Assembly: GCF_006345805.1 (NCBI RefSeq)
Contig: NC_043014.1
Location: 48,422,001 to 48,486,000 of the forward strand
Length of the DNA: 64,000 nt
DNA from: Octopus sinensis
Lineage: Eukaryota
Direction of reading: 5' to 3'
Shown here in pieces: positions 24,114-37,064 of the stretch. The stretch's first letter is position 1. Every line of letters begins with the position of its first letter. Under the pieces are notes generated by a model, which saw only the letters and a program-made list of their open reading frames with translations, had not been told where the DNA came from and ran no database searches. Position numbers and translations under genes: made by a program.

Positions 24114-24526
24114 TCTCTTTACTCTCTTTTACTTGTTTCGGTCATTTGACTGCGGCCATGCTGGCGCATCACCTTCTAGTCGAGTAAATCGACCCCAGGA
24201 CTGATTCTTTGTCAGCCTAGTACTTATTCTATCAGTCCCTTTTGCTGAACCGCTAAGTTACGGGACGTAAACACACCACTATCGGTTGTCAAGCAATGGT
24301 GGGGGATGACAAACACATACATACATACATATATATATAATATATATATATATATGCATATATAGGACGGGCTTCTTCCAGTTTCCGTCTACCAAACCAC
24401 TCACAAAGCTTTGGGCGGCCCGAGGCTATAGTAGAAGACACTTGCCCAAGGTGCCACGCAGTGGGAATGAACCCGGAACCATGTGGTTGGTAAGCAAGCT
24501 ACTTACCACACAGCCACTCCTGCGCC
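24114..24526 (-). mobile_element. SINE family B, full length
   Basis: Minus strand starts GGCGCAGGAGTGGCTGTGTGGTAAGTAGCTTGC and ends ...GAAACAAGTAAAAGAGAGTAAAAGAG. Confidence 0.93.
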
Positions 24527-24658
24527 TATATATATATATAAAGCTTGTTTATGGTTTTTGTCTATGAAAGCTTTGACACAAAAGATATTGGTCCTATCTG
24601 AGGTTATAATAGTACACACATGCTTGACCAGTTGCAGAGTACCATGGGAATGTGTGAA

Positions 24659-24981
24659 AGGTAAAGTCAACCTTGATGGAATTTGAACTCAGAATACTAA
24701 GAGCTGGAAGAGATGACAACAAGCATTTTGTCCATTGTGTTAATGATTCTGTCAGTGTGCTGCCTTAACAATCCTCTCTGCACAAGGCCTGAAATTATTA
24801 TGGGGGTGGGGATGTCGATCACATTGACTCCAGTACTTGTCTGGTACTTAATTCATCAACCCTAAAAGGATGAAAGGCAAAGTCAACCTCAGCAGAATTT
24901 GAACTCGGAATGTACCAATGTGTGAAATACCACTAAGTATTTTGCCCAGTGTGCTAACGATTCTGCCAGCTCGTCACCTTA
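24659..24981 (-). mobile_element. Two degenerate SINE family A copies
   Basis: Partial head at 24659-24769 and an alternative-tail copy at 24779-24981; CpGs largely decayed. Confidence 0.8.
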
Positions 24982-25065
24982 ATAATAATAATAATGATCA
25001 TTTCACATCCTTGTCCATTGCTGGCATAAGTTGGATGGTCTGACAGGATCTGTTGGCTGCAAGGT

Positions 25066-25176
25066 GCATGAAAATAACACCCTCTGCTAAATTGGATACT
25101 AGAGTACAATGGCTGCAAGGACTGCATTGTACTTTAGTATCCAATTTAGCTTTAGCCGAGGGTGCTATTTTCATGC
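25066..25176. other. Near-perfect hairpin (inverted duplication), pre-miRNA-sized
   Basis: 25066-25111 pairs with 25125-25176 with 3 substitutions and one 6-nt bulge; 13-nt loop. Confidence 0.85.
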
Positions 25177-25559
25177 TACCAGCATTAGTGAGGTTGTCAT
25201 GCAGCTTGCAATACTACGAAGCATGAAAGAGGCAGCTTTATGCTAGAAGACGAGGAGTGAAAGCATGAGAAAAGGGGCCAGAGCAGACCAGGTTTTTTGC
25301 TGTGGGGGGCCTTGTATAGCTATTCACATTTTAGAAGAGAGGGTGGAGCAGGGTAAGAAAAAGATATAAAGGTGATGAGGTATCTTTATGGAACTCTCAA
25401 GGTGTGAGGTGAGCAGAAGTGAATGGGTGAAGAACAGAAAGTGTGGAGTTTGCAAGAGTTGATGGGAGAATGATTGAAGCAGTGAATATAATGAATAAAG
25501 AACGTGTTGAGTGGATAAGTAAGGGAGGTGGTAGTGGAATAACCTATAGTAATAGTGGT

Positions 25560-25770
25560 CTAAAATTTTGGCATAAGGTCAGCAGGTTTGTGGGTGGGGC
25601 TAAGTTGATTACTTGACTCAAGTGCTCAACTGGTACTTATTTTATCAACTCCAAAAGGACGAAAGGTAAAGTTGACCTCAGCAGAATTTGAACTTAGAGT
25701 GTAAAGATGGACAAAATGCTGCTAAGAATTTTGCCCAATGTGCTAATGATTCTGCCAGCTTGCTGCCTTA
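25560..25770 (-). mobile_element. Degenerate SINE family A (alternative tail)
   Basis: Head and core recognisable, CpG-decayed. Confidence 0.8.
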
Positions 25771-26019
25771 ATAATATCCTTTAATGATAATAATAAACTG
25801 TTGTTACATGACCAACCATCATCACACATAGTGCATAATTAAAAATGAGTGCAATGAAAGGACTAACCAATGTATTAGTTACTCCTGTCTGGAGCTGAGT
25901 ACTGTTACTGCAGAAATGTGTACATGCTGGCCAAGATATTAGAGTACTCTGGTCTGAATCTAACTCCACTTAGATTCTTCATATCCATAGGAACATTTAA
26001 AATCACTGACAGCTCATGA

Positions 26020-26540
26020 AACACTTGGTAGGAAGGGCATCCAGTCATAAAAACCATACCAGACAGACCTTGCCAGTGCTGATGCCACATAAAAAGCACC
26101 CAATTCATTCTGTAAAGGGGTTGGCATTAGGGATGGCATCCAGCTGTAAAAAAAAACCATGCGCAGACAGATAGTGGAGCTTGGTGCAATCCTTTGGCTT
26201 GCTAGCTCCCATCAAACCATTCAACTCAGGTCAGCATGGAAGACAGACATTAAGTGATTATGATGATGATGATGTCTTGCTAAATAATGAGCCATGTATC
26301 GTGACCCACTTCTCAAAATAGGGTCCACATGGCCGTTGCCAGTACCACCAAACTGGCCCTCGTGCCGGTGGCATGTAAAAGCACCCACTACCCTCTTGGA
26401 GTGGTTGGCGTTAGGAAGGGCATCCAGCTGTAGAAACTCTGCCAGATCAGATTGGAGTCTGGTTCGTCAGACCTCAGTCAAATTGTCCAATCCATGCTAG
26501 CATGGAAAGCGGACGTTAAATGATGATGATGATGATGATA
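26020..26540 (+). mobile_element. Two family C (RTE-tail) copies
   Basis: Copies at about 26020-26275 and 26330-26540, each ending in (ATG)n. Confidence 0.8.
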
Positions 26541-26725
26541 CCTCCTCTAGACAGTTTCTTGACCTGCAAGAAATAACATCCAAATCTCTTTCAAACTGCA
26601 TCTTCCTATTTTGAAATCAGTTGAACATTTTATCACCATTTTATGGTTTGATTTTTAATACCCTTAGCAAGTTATTTGATTTAATTATTATTACTATCAT
26701 TATTATTATTATTATTTCATTTTAG

Positions 26726-26855
26726 ACGGATGAGAATGGTCCGACGCCACTGAACAGTAGCTCTCACGGAGGAGATGGACACGACAACCAGTCTTCTGCT
26801 GCTGATTTGACCACCACAACAGCATCCACCCATTGGCCGTCCTCGTCACATGCTG
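26726..26855 (+). CDS. Candidate internal coding exon, TDENGPTPLNSSSHGGDGHDNQSSAADLTTTTASTHWPSSSHA (unidentified protein)
   Basis: GC-rich 130-bp island in AT-rich flanks; ...TTTCATTTTAG acceptor, CTG|GTAACT donor; only phase 0 is open. Confidence 0.6.
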
Positions 26856-27080
26856 GTAACTATTGCATTACGTATTTATTGATTGACTCATTCATTTAAA
26901 AAAAAACCTAAAAATCAGAAAAAAACAGAAAAAAACAACAAAAAAGAAAATAATTTTCTTGAGCAATTTTTTTTTTTTTTTTTAATCATTTCATTTCATT
27001 TTATTCTTTATAATATTTCATCCGTTGTTATTATTATTATTTTTATCACCATTGTTGTTATCACCTCCTTATGAAAGCAG

Positions 27081-27103
27081 GAACCGTCATTGTGTACCAG
27101 TAA
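27081..27103 (+). CDS. Candidate short terminal exon (G)TVIVYQ*
   Basis: AAGCAG acceptor 225 nt after the 26855 donor, phase-1 compatible, ends in TAA; followed by U-rich sequence with AATAAA at 29207 and 29283. Confidence 0.3.
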
Positions 27104-27353
27104 AGATGTCCACAAGCGCTATCTAGAAATCTGGACTTGATTTAAAAAAATTTTTTTCTTTGTTTCTCACTCTTTTGTTCTTTCCATATTTTTTCATGTT
27201 TGTTTTTGGGTTGTTTTTTGTTTTTATTTTATCAGTTGAAAAATGTTTCTCTTTTCTGTTGCTAATGCTCTTTATTATTTCAACAAACAACAAATGTTAG
27301 AAAAGGCATGAACATCATATATCCCTTTCCCTAACTCTACCTCTTCTCCCCCG

Positions 27354-27356
<3 letters not shown>

Positions 27357-27422
<66 letters not shown>

Positions 27423-27636
27423 GTGTGTGGTATATATGTATATATATATATGTGTGTGTATATATGTATATATATATATGTGTGTGTATATATGTATAAT
27501 ATATGTGTGTGTACATATATATGTGTGTGTGTATATATGTATGTGTGTATATATGTATATATATATATATGTGTGTGTGTATATATGTATGTGTGTATAT
27601 ATGTATATATATATGTGTGTGTTATATATGTATATA

Positions 27637-27687
<51 letters not shown>

Positions 27688-28058
27688 ATATATATATATA
27701 TATTATATATGTGTGTGTATATATATATATATATGTGTGTATATATATATATGTGTGTGGTATATATATATATGTGTGTTGTATATATATATATATGTGT
27801 GTGTTATATATATATATATGTGTTTGTGGTATATATATATATATATGTGTGTATATGTGTGTATATATGTATGTATATGTGTGTATATATGTATATATAT
27901 ATATGTGTGTATATATGTATATATATATGTGTGTATATATGTATATATATATGTGTGTATATATGTATATATATATGTGTGTATATATGTGTATATATAT
28001 GTATGTATATATATATGTGTATATATATATATATACACACACACACACATACACACAC
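27357..28058. repeat. ~700-bp (TA)n/(TG)n compound microsatellite
   Basis: Directly visible; source of the spurious IYIY/CVCV ORFs. Confidence 0.97.
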
Positions 28059-28243
28059 GTGACGCAGTCTGCATGACTACTCAAGAAACCACTCTTGCCT
28101 CTCTCTAAACACAAGCCTTATCTCTTTTACAATCATTGTGATTCTCTGTCATTCAAATTGCATTTCTTATTAAAATTTTTCATTTTTCTTCTCTAGTTTT
28201 CTTATTTCAATAGACACAGATATTGCAGTAGCTGCTTATATAC

Positions 28244-28274
<31 letters not shown>

Positions 28275-28293
28275 GTATATATACAGTATATAT

Positions 28294-28324
<31 letters not shown>

Positions 28325-28645
28325 AGATGTCTTAAGAAACACTCACAAAAATATCAGAGCAATACCAAGTCTATTTCTGTGTAATTTTTCTCTAGACTGC
28401 AGCCATGTAACATGCATAATAATTCTTGTTGTTGCTATTTATATTATATCTGTGATGTTTCAAGTTATTTATTTATTTATTTATTCATTTGACTTTCTTT
28501 TTTCAAGACAGGTTGGTGTGTGGAAAAGTAATGAAAATCTTGAATGAATAATTTATGTGTGTATATATATATATATATATACATACTTACATAAATGAAC
28601 ATATATCACTTCATTAAAAGATCATGATTATGGTGTGTGTTCATT

Positions 28646-28679
<34 letters not shown>

Positions 28680-28685
28680 GTTAAT

Positions 28686-28717
<32 letters not shown>

Positions 28718-28730
28718 ATATATGTTAATT

Positions 28731-28761
<31 letters not shown>

Positions 28762-28880
28762 GTTAATTTGTGTGTGTGTATATAAATATACATACATACA
28801 CTTCTGTGTTTGTGTGTATGTATATAAATATATATATGTGTATAAATAGACATACATACACTTCTGTGTTTGTGTGTATG

Positions 28881-28920
<40 letters not shown>

Positions 28921-29114
28921 TATATGCATTTGTGTCGGTATGTATATGTATGCATACATATATACACTTTATATATGTATACACACACACACACAATGTA
29001 CATATGTATATATGTGTATGTATGAGAATATATATAGGTATATATATGTGTGTATGCATATGTATATATATATGGATTTATATGTACACATGCACACATA
29101 TATCTATATATGTA

Positions 29115-29160
<46 letters not shown>

Positions 29161-29567
29161 ATAATATACACGCACTTATTTTATTTTTTTGTTTCACTTT
29201 TATTTGAATAAAATATCAAATCTACAAGTTTCTACTGCATATATGTATTTATGTTATTCACTTCATTTCAGTTTTCGCTGCGAATAAAGAAAGAAGCACA
29301 TTTGAAACAATTTTAATATTTTTCAACAAATATCTTTAACAGGAAGCCATTTTATATCCCAAATCCCCCCCCCCGACTCCCCACTCTCTTTTCATACACT
29401 TTCCAGCTTTTTTGCCTCACCTTCAATATCTATCTATATATCTGTCACTTTCTTGTGATTTATTTCTTGTATGTAGCTTCTCTGAAAATATTTACTTGTG
29501 AAATATATATATATATATATGATTTATTTATTTTTTTTCTTCTGTCTAAATATCATAGTCTACTATA

Positions 29568-29985
29568 CTATAATAATAATAATAATAGTAATAATAATAG
29601 TAATAATAGTAATAGTGATAATAATAATAGTAATAATAATAGTAATAATAATAATAATAGCAATAATAATAATATAATAATAGTAATAATAATAATAGTA
29701 ATAATAACAGTAATAATAATAATATTAATAATAGTAATAGTGATAATAATAATAGTAATAATAATAGTAATAATAATAATAATAATAGTAATAATAATAA
29801 TAATAATAATAGTAGCAATAATAATAATAATAATAGCAATAATAATAATAGCAGTAATAATAATAGTAATAATAATAAATAATAATAATAGCAATAATAA
29901 TAATAATAATAGTAATAATAATAATAATAATAATAGCAATAATAATAATAGCAATAATAATAATAGTAATAATAATAATAATATT
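29568..29985. repeat. ~420-bp degenerate (AAT)n/(AGT)n tract
   Basis: Directly visible. Confidence 0.97.
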
Positions 29986-30217
29986 CTCATCATAATAGGA
30001 AGGTAGAGAGAATTCGAAGGTAGTAGAGGAGGGAAAGTAAACTTTGTGGTATTTAGTTGTTTTTTTCTAGATTTTGTTGTTGGTGTTTTTATAATTATTA
30101 TTATTATCATTATTATCTTTGTTTAATTATTATTTATCATTTAATTTCTTATTTTGCAAAAGATCTCTTTGAAAATTAATAGCTTATATAGATTTGATCA
30201 AAACTTCATTTCTTTAT

Positions 30218-30248
<31 letters not shown>

Positions 30249-30324
30249 CACATCAATCACACTCCAACCCCCTTCTGCATTGACACATCTGTCTCTATTA
30301 TGTATCTTTATACATATGTTTATG

Positions 30325-30358
30325 TATATATATATATATATATATATGTACGTATATA

Positions 30359-30397
<39 letters not shown>

Positions 30398-30710
30398 GTA
30401 TATATATGTATATATATGTACGTAATATATGTACGTATATATGTACGTATATATATATGTATATATATGTACGTATATATATATGTATATATATGTACGT
30501 ATATATATATGTATATATGTATGTATATATGTACGTATATATATATGTATATATATGTACGTATATATATATGTATATATATGTACGTATATATATATGT
30601 ATATATATGTACGTATATATATATGTATATATGTGTCTGTATGTGTGTGTGTATATATGTACGTATATATATATGTATATATGTGTCTGTATGTGTGTGT
30701 GTATATATAT
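30325..30710. repeat. (TA)n tract punctuated by GTAC(G) units
   Basis: Recurrent ATATATGTACGT. Confidence 0.95.
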
Positions 30711-32224
30711 ATTTGGGTTTTTTTTGTATGCTTGTGCTTGTTTTGAATTTTGTAATTTTTCTCTCCAAATAATTTAATATTCCTCAGAAATTCAGTGAGT
30801 GCGGGTGGGGGAAAGGAAACCTTATTCTGTTTTTATAGTGATTCGTTATCTAACTTTAACGATAAACAAACAGGGTTTTAAATTAATGAAGGATTACTTA
30901 TGAAATTATTACCATCGCCACTTCTTCAGTCCCCATGCCCTAAACTAATAATACTACTAATGAGTAACAATAACAAAACTGTTACTAATAAACAATAATA
31001 AATATTATATTATTATCTGTTTTTGTATATATGTTGGCATTTAAAATGTTGGAACAAATTTCTATGTCATACTGACATTATAAAATCATGGTTATGATGA
31101 TGCTGTTGATCTGGGATATGCGTGCATGTGGATGTGTTATATATATATAATATATATAAATGTATGTATATAGATATACTCCTGTGTCTAATTTCCGAAA
31201 TAACAGTCTTGTAGCAAATATCATTAATAGCCAAGCTTAAAGTACCAGTTACATATTTCACATATACATACATACACACACACATATACATATATATTTA
31301 TATACATATATATGTATATATATACATATATATATATGTGTATATATATATGTGTATGTATATATATGTATATATATATGTGTATATATATATATATATG
31401 TGTGTATATATATATATATGTATGTATATATATATATATATGTATATATATAGCAAAAACTGTCCGACGAACGGCAATGGGAAACTCAGAGTAACAGGTT
31501 TTGTTGAATTTTCTGCTGCTTTAAATAAAGCATATTACTCTACCACTGGTATTTGAGTACTCTTTTTACCACCTTGTTTCACATTTATGTGTTTACTCCG
31601 GTATATATATATATATAAATGTATAAGTATGATCAGTCAGGTTCTACACACCATAGTATATACTATCTTCTCAATAATCACACCTTACTCTAATGTATAT
31701 ACACTTTTCAGTTGTCTCTCAACAGTTGTACTTTATTCACCTCTATGTCTATATACACTCACTTGCTGTCTTCCTCTCTATAATTGTGTATTGCTACTCT
31801 ATTTTCTAATTGCCTTGTGCTGTATGAAGATATATCTCTGGCTCTATATGTAAATGTATATTGTGTGTGTGTGTACATATATACACACACTCACATCTAC
31901 ATACGCATGCTGTTGATATTGGAATAGCTTGAAATGCCATCTTAAATTAAATATGATGTAATATCATTTTTATTGTAGATAATTCTATTTTAAGAATTCC
32001 ATTTTCTCAGAATTCAAATTTCCTTATATATGCACGTATATCTATCTCTACCTTTGTCGCACATACACACTACATACGCACATACACAGTATGTGTTTCT
32101 CTGTGTGTGTATGCATAAAAGTATGCTTGTATTTATGTTGGTGTGTTTGGGAAATGAAATACTTATTTGCCACTGTGAAGAGGATCCCCGTATATGACCA
32201 TTATCGAAAGATTCTTGTCTGTAG

Positions 32225-32255
32225 ACACTATTAAAGTTTACATAAAGACAGGCAG
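32225..32255 (+). CDS. Candidate 31-nt exon, (D)TIKVYIKTG
   Basis: TTCTTGTCTGTAG acceptor, CAG|GTATGG donor; only phase 1 is open. Confidence 0.25.
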
Positions 32256-32889
32256 GTATGGTTCTAGTTAAAACTTTGCAATTACACTGTTTGGGGGTTT
32301 AATTTCATTGCATGGCAACTTGTGTTCTGCCTTAGTCTTAGAGCAACAGAATTCTTGCAAGTGGAATTTGGTAGACAACTAAAGTGTATAGAAGATCATT
32401 GGAAGAACTGAACCATTCATGTTCCTGAATCCATAGACTTAAATCTGTCATTCTGTTTAATTCTCTCGCATGGACCCCCAATAGGAGCTCAATAAAGGTG
32501 CTTGAGTACCTTTATTGGGATCCACTGTGTTGGAAGTATTCTGGGTTGCTCTGACCAATGTGAGAATAGCTGCTTCTTTGTTTATTCAGACTTATACAGC
32601 AACAAGCTATGTTCTGACATTTAAAATCAAATTTTCTTCTGAATAGCATGAAGTTTTTCCTTTGCTGTTCTTAATAAATATTACTCCATAAATTCATTAA
32701 GATAAAATGATTACAGTCAATTAACATAAAATTTAGGTCCTCCTGCACTGCAGAATGCATACGCATTGTGCAGAAAGCTTTCTCCATCAGGTTCTGTTGG
32801 CTGCTACTTTTGCATGTCCACTGCCAGGTGTTCTTCAGCCCCCACCTTTGTTTGTGGTCAGGTGGTATCTGAGTCATGGCTGTTTTTGA

Positions 32890-33190
32890 TCACTTCGGCT
32901 TGTGATCATAAGGTCATCAGTTCAATTCCCGGTAGCACGTTTTGTCCTCAAGCAAAATGGTTTATTCTATGTTGTTCCAGTCCATTCAGCTGGCAAAACA
33001 ATGAGCTGTACCTGTAATTCAAAGGGTCATGTCTGTCACATTCTGTGTCATGCTGAATCCCCCTGAGAACTACACGAAGGATAATCGTGTCCGTGGAGTG
33101 CTCAGTCACATTCACATTAATCTCGAGGGCAGGTTGTTCCATTGATCAAACTGACTGGAACTCTTATCCTAACCAATGGAGCACCAGTAT
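32890..33190 (+). mobile_element. Degenerate tRNA-head SINE related to family E
   Basis: ...GTTCAATTCCCGG...CAAGCAAAATGGTTTATTCTATGTTGTTCCAGTCCATTCAGCTGGCAAAA shared with 9494-9748. Confidence 0.6.
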
Positions 33191-33199
33191 GACTGGCCA

Positions 33200-33382
33200 T
33201 CATCATCATCATCGTTTAGCATCCGCTTTCCATGCTGGCATGGGTTGGACGGTTCAACTGGGGTCTGGGAAGCCAGAAGGCTGCACCAGGCCCAGTCTGA
33301 TCTGGCAGTGTTTCTACGGCTGGATGCCCTTCCTAACGCCAACCACTCCATGAGTGTAGTGGGTGCTTTTTATGTGCCACCG
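33200..33382 (-). mobile_element. Family C (RTE-tail) copy, young
   Basis: Nearly identical to 7275-7450. Confidence 0.9.
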
Positions 33383-33619
33383 AAGCAGAATTGGTTGCTC
33401 CGCTAAAGTGGAATGCTTTTAAGGGATAAGCATTTCTTATTGATCTCTTATATTTCATTCTCTGATTTTAAAATATTTTCTTAACCAAATCATTGCTGTC
33501 ACTTGCAAGGAAGTATGACTTGGTAGCATATACCATGCTTTCAACGAGTGTTTTAGGAAACCAATATAGTTGAGGGCAACCCCTAAATACTTTCATGGCC
33601 CATCTATCCTTCACCCAGT

Positions 33620-33666
<47 letters not shown>

Positions 33667-35799
33667 GTACTAGAGCTAGGCTGGTACTCGTGTGCAGAAT
33701 TGATTGGAGCAAGGTGAAATATTGCCTTACTCAAAGTAGGCGGTGTGCCGCCCACTCCAAGAATTGAACCTACAACTATATGTTAGTGAACTGAACACTC
33801 TAATCAATTCACTACACATTTTCACAACGTTACAACCAAAAACTCAGGTTACCTGCAAGATGTTAAATTAACTTAAAAGAAAAAAAAAATCTGAATTATT
33901 ATATTGAAAATGGATCTCAAGAAAGTGGGGGAAGAAGAAAAATTCCTTCTTAAAACAGAAAAAGATTTTTTGTGTCAAGCTACTTACTGTAACATGTGAC
34001 TATAATATGTATGTATGTGTGATTGTGTAACAGTATATATATGCATGTATGATAGTGCAGCAGTATGTGTGTAAGTGGCTGTATATATGCATGTGTGTGT
34101 TGTTATAATAGTATCTATGCATATATTCTCCCAGCAGTCTCATTATGCAGAGAAAGCCAACGTAGGAAAAGCCGAGCCTAATACTTTTGTAGATTGGACC
34201 AGGTTGTCTGTCTGTTAAGACAAATAGAACTGGAGAAAGAGGAATATGGTATAAATTAAAAAAGCTAAGAATTTAATAGAGATGCCGTTAGATATTATAA
34301 ACACCATTTTGAGATAGTCATTCGTTAGTTGATTCCAACCCTGGCAATGAGTCTGCCCCAGCTACTTCAAATTATTAGTGTGTGTGTGTGTGTGTGTGTG
34401 CTTTATGAAGGAGGATTATAGTGGATTTCGTTTAGACTCAAGACAGACAATACGGGAACTGTGTAATTATCTCCCTTAGACTTGTATATGATTTACACAC
34501 ACGTACACACACAAGCACATACACACGTGCACACACACATACGCGAACGCACGCACACCCAAGATGAGAGAGAAAGAGAGACATGATTTATTTTATGATG
34601 ATATATTGAAGTTAGATAGAATAAAGAGTTCCAAGTTCAAATCTAACTGAAGTCAATTTTGAATTCTGTCCAGCATAAGAATTTGTAAACTTAAAAGAGC
34701 ACAAAATGATTCTTTTGGGAATGGTGGATCTCTAAGCATATAAAGCTATAATTAATTATGCGTAAATATCAACCTCACTCATGCCAATTCCTATCGGCCT
34801 TTGCCTTTCCCTTGGAAAGTGGTGTGGAGAGAGGAGGCTGGTATGCATGGACGACTGTTGGTCTTCCATGAACAACTTTGCCCTGACTTGTGCTTTGGCG
34901 GGAATCTTTCTCGGTGCATTCCTGCGGTCATTCATGACCAAAGCTGTCTTTCCTTTCATATTGGGTTAAAGAATTCTTTGGACAACAAGAAAGTCAAAAA
35001 CGGCTGGTTGCATGTATTTGAACAATAGATGAATAAGAGTATATTAAATAATGTACAAGATGAATTATTGATTTATTGCAATTATCTTCGATTCTGGAGA
35101 TATGTCGACCAATTGCTTGGTGGTAATTGGTACCAACAGCAAAAGAACAAGGGAGATAATCTCAACACTCAACTTTTCAAAAGTTAGATGCCATTAAGGA
35201 AAAGACAGTCTGTCTAGAGACTAAGTAAGCAGTTGTTTGCATGTATTTCTGCCTCGGTGTGTGTCATCCACACGAGAGTTGCTCTAATACCCCACCTCCA
35301 TCCAAATATTAGCAAATTCATAAATATATAGTGGCATTTAGTCTGTCTTTATTTTCCTGAATTGAAATACTGTCGAGGTTGACTTTGCCTTTCATCCTTT
35401 TGGGAGTCTATAAAAATAAATATCAGTCGACCACTGGGGTGGATGATAATCAACTTGTCCCCTCCTCTAACATTTCAGGCCTTGTGCCTATAGTAGAAAG
35501 GTTTATTATTATTATTATTATCTTTTTTTCTTCTTCTTTCAAATTTGCTTCCAGTTCTTGCCGAGTGTCTTCCCGACTCCTAGGGCAAAGAAACTCATAG
35601 TATACATTGGTAGGCCATTAAACTAAACTCACTAGTTCGTTCATTTTTTTTTTTTTTTGATAGAAATAAAGTTAAATTAAAATACATGGGTAGTAATAGT
35701 TTTCACATCGACAATGCTCTTCTCAATACGTGTGATGTACCAGTAAAGACAATCTTTTGCACTTCTTGAAGGGATTATTATTATTATTATTATTATTAT

Positions 35800-36045
35800 G
35801 GTAGTGAGCTGGCAGAATTGTTAACCCTAATCCTAATTGTTAACATACTGGACAAAATGCTCAGTGTCATTTCGCTTGTCTTTGTACTCTGAGTTCAAAT
35901 GCTGCTGAGGTTGATTTTGCTTTTCCTACTTTGGGGTTTGATGAAATAGGTACCAGTTATGAAATAAGTACAGGGATCAATGTCAATGACTAGTTCCCCT
36001 CCACTAAAATAAAAATAGCAGGCCTTACACGTATAGTAGAAAAAA
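35800..36045 (+). mobile_element. Degenerate SINE family A (alternative tail)
   Basis: GGTAGTGAGCTGGCAGAATTG...GAGTTCAAATGC...GGCCTTACACGTATAGTAGAA. Confidence 0.75.
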
Positions 36046-36063
36046 TTATTATTATTGTTGTTA

Positions 36064-36271
36064 TTTTCTACTATAGGTACAATGCCTGAAGTTGTTGAGG
36101 ACAGGCATAGTTGATTACATCAACCCCAGTACTCAACTGGTACTTTATTTTTTGACCCCGCTTTCATCCTTTCAGGGCCAATAAATTAAGTACCAGTTGA
36201 GTACTGGGGTCGATGTAATCGACTGTTTCCCTTCCCCACAATTCCAGGCCTTGTGCCTTAATATAGAAAGG
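36064..36271. mobile_element. Two SINE A 3' halves fused as an inverted repeat
   Basis: 36064-36160 aligns to the reverse complement of about 36175-36271. Confidence 0.8.
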
Positions 36272-37028
36272 ATTGTTGTTGTTGTTTCCACTCTTGGAAG
36301 TGGAAACGTGCTGTGAAGCTTAATGACCACCAGTTGATTTGTTGTTAATGAGTTCGTGGGATAGAAGACACCAGCAGTTTATGGTGGTGGTGGTGGTGGT
36401 GGTGGTGGTGGCGAAGGGTGTTGTGGCTATATGGACTTTAGGTCTCCATGGATCACCCTCTGTAGCAAGGGGACATTACTCTTATGATATCAGTCTGCTT
36501 GGCTGACAAGTGCAGCTGTTACTTGGTCCAATGATGTGTAAGAGATAGGGCATTTAATTATAGAAAAAGACATAACACTTGTTGCACTGTTATGCAGAAT
36601 GTTCAAGTTTACCACCACCTATGCTAGGTGTGTGTGTATATGTTTAGCATGAGTGTGTGTGGTGTGTATGTCTGTGAATATGTTTGGTATGTTTATGTTT
36701 AGTGTGTGTGTATATGTTGTATAATTTATGTGTGCGTATACTGTTTGTATATGTTTAGTGTTTGTACGTGAACACACTTTCAGTTAACCTTTCATATTTT
36801 TAGTGGAATGAAACTATTCTGTCGTCTCACTTATTTTGTGTAGATTAATTATTTCTCAGTCCACCACCACCACCATTCCTTACTCCATCCTCCCCACCTC
36901 AGCCTGGATGGCTGCCAAATTCTCTGAGGTAGATCTGTTATTTATTTATATCTTCCTCATCACTTCATATATATTGAAGGATTATACAACACCATACTCA
37001 ATAGGAGCTAATGTGTGTGTGTGTGTGT

Positions 37029-37064
<36 letters not shown>

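Noticed and set aside
27275-28114. Long ORFs of 200-280 aa (IYIYIY/CVCV), also at 23400-23849, 28681-29207, 30154-30777 and 62600-62906
   Set aside because: Translations of (TA)n/(TG)n microsatellites, which lack stop codons in these frames.
29455-30110. Poly-Asn/Ile/Leu ORFs
   Set aside because: Products of the (AAT)n tract.
36860-36928. Exon-like segments at 36860-36928, 40737-40785 and 58172-58204
   Set aside because: Plausible AG/GT boundaries, but several frames are open or donors are weak; indistinguishable from chance pseudo-exons without RNA data.
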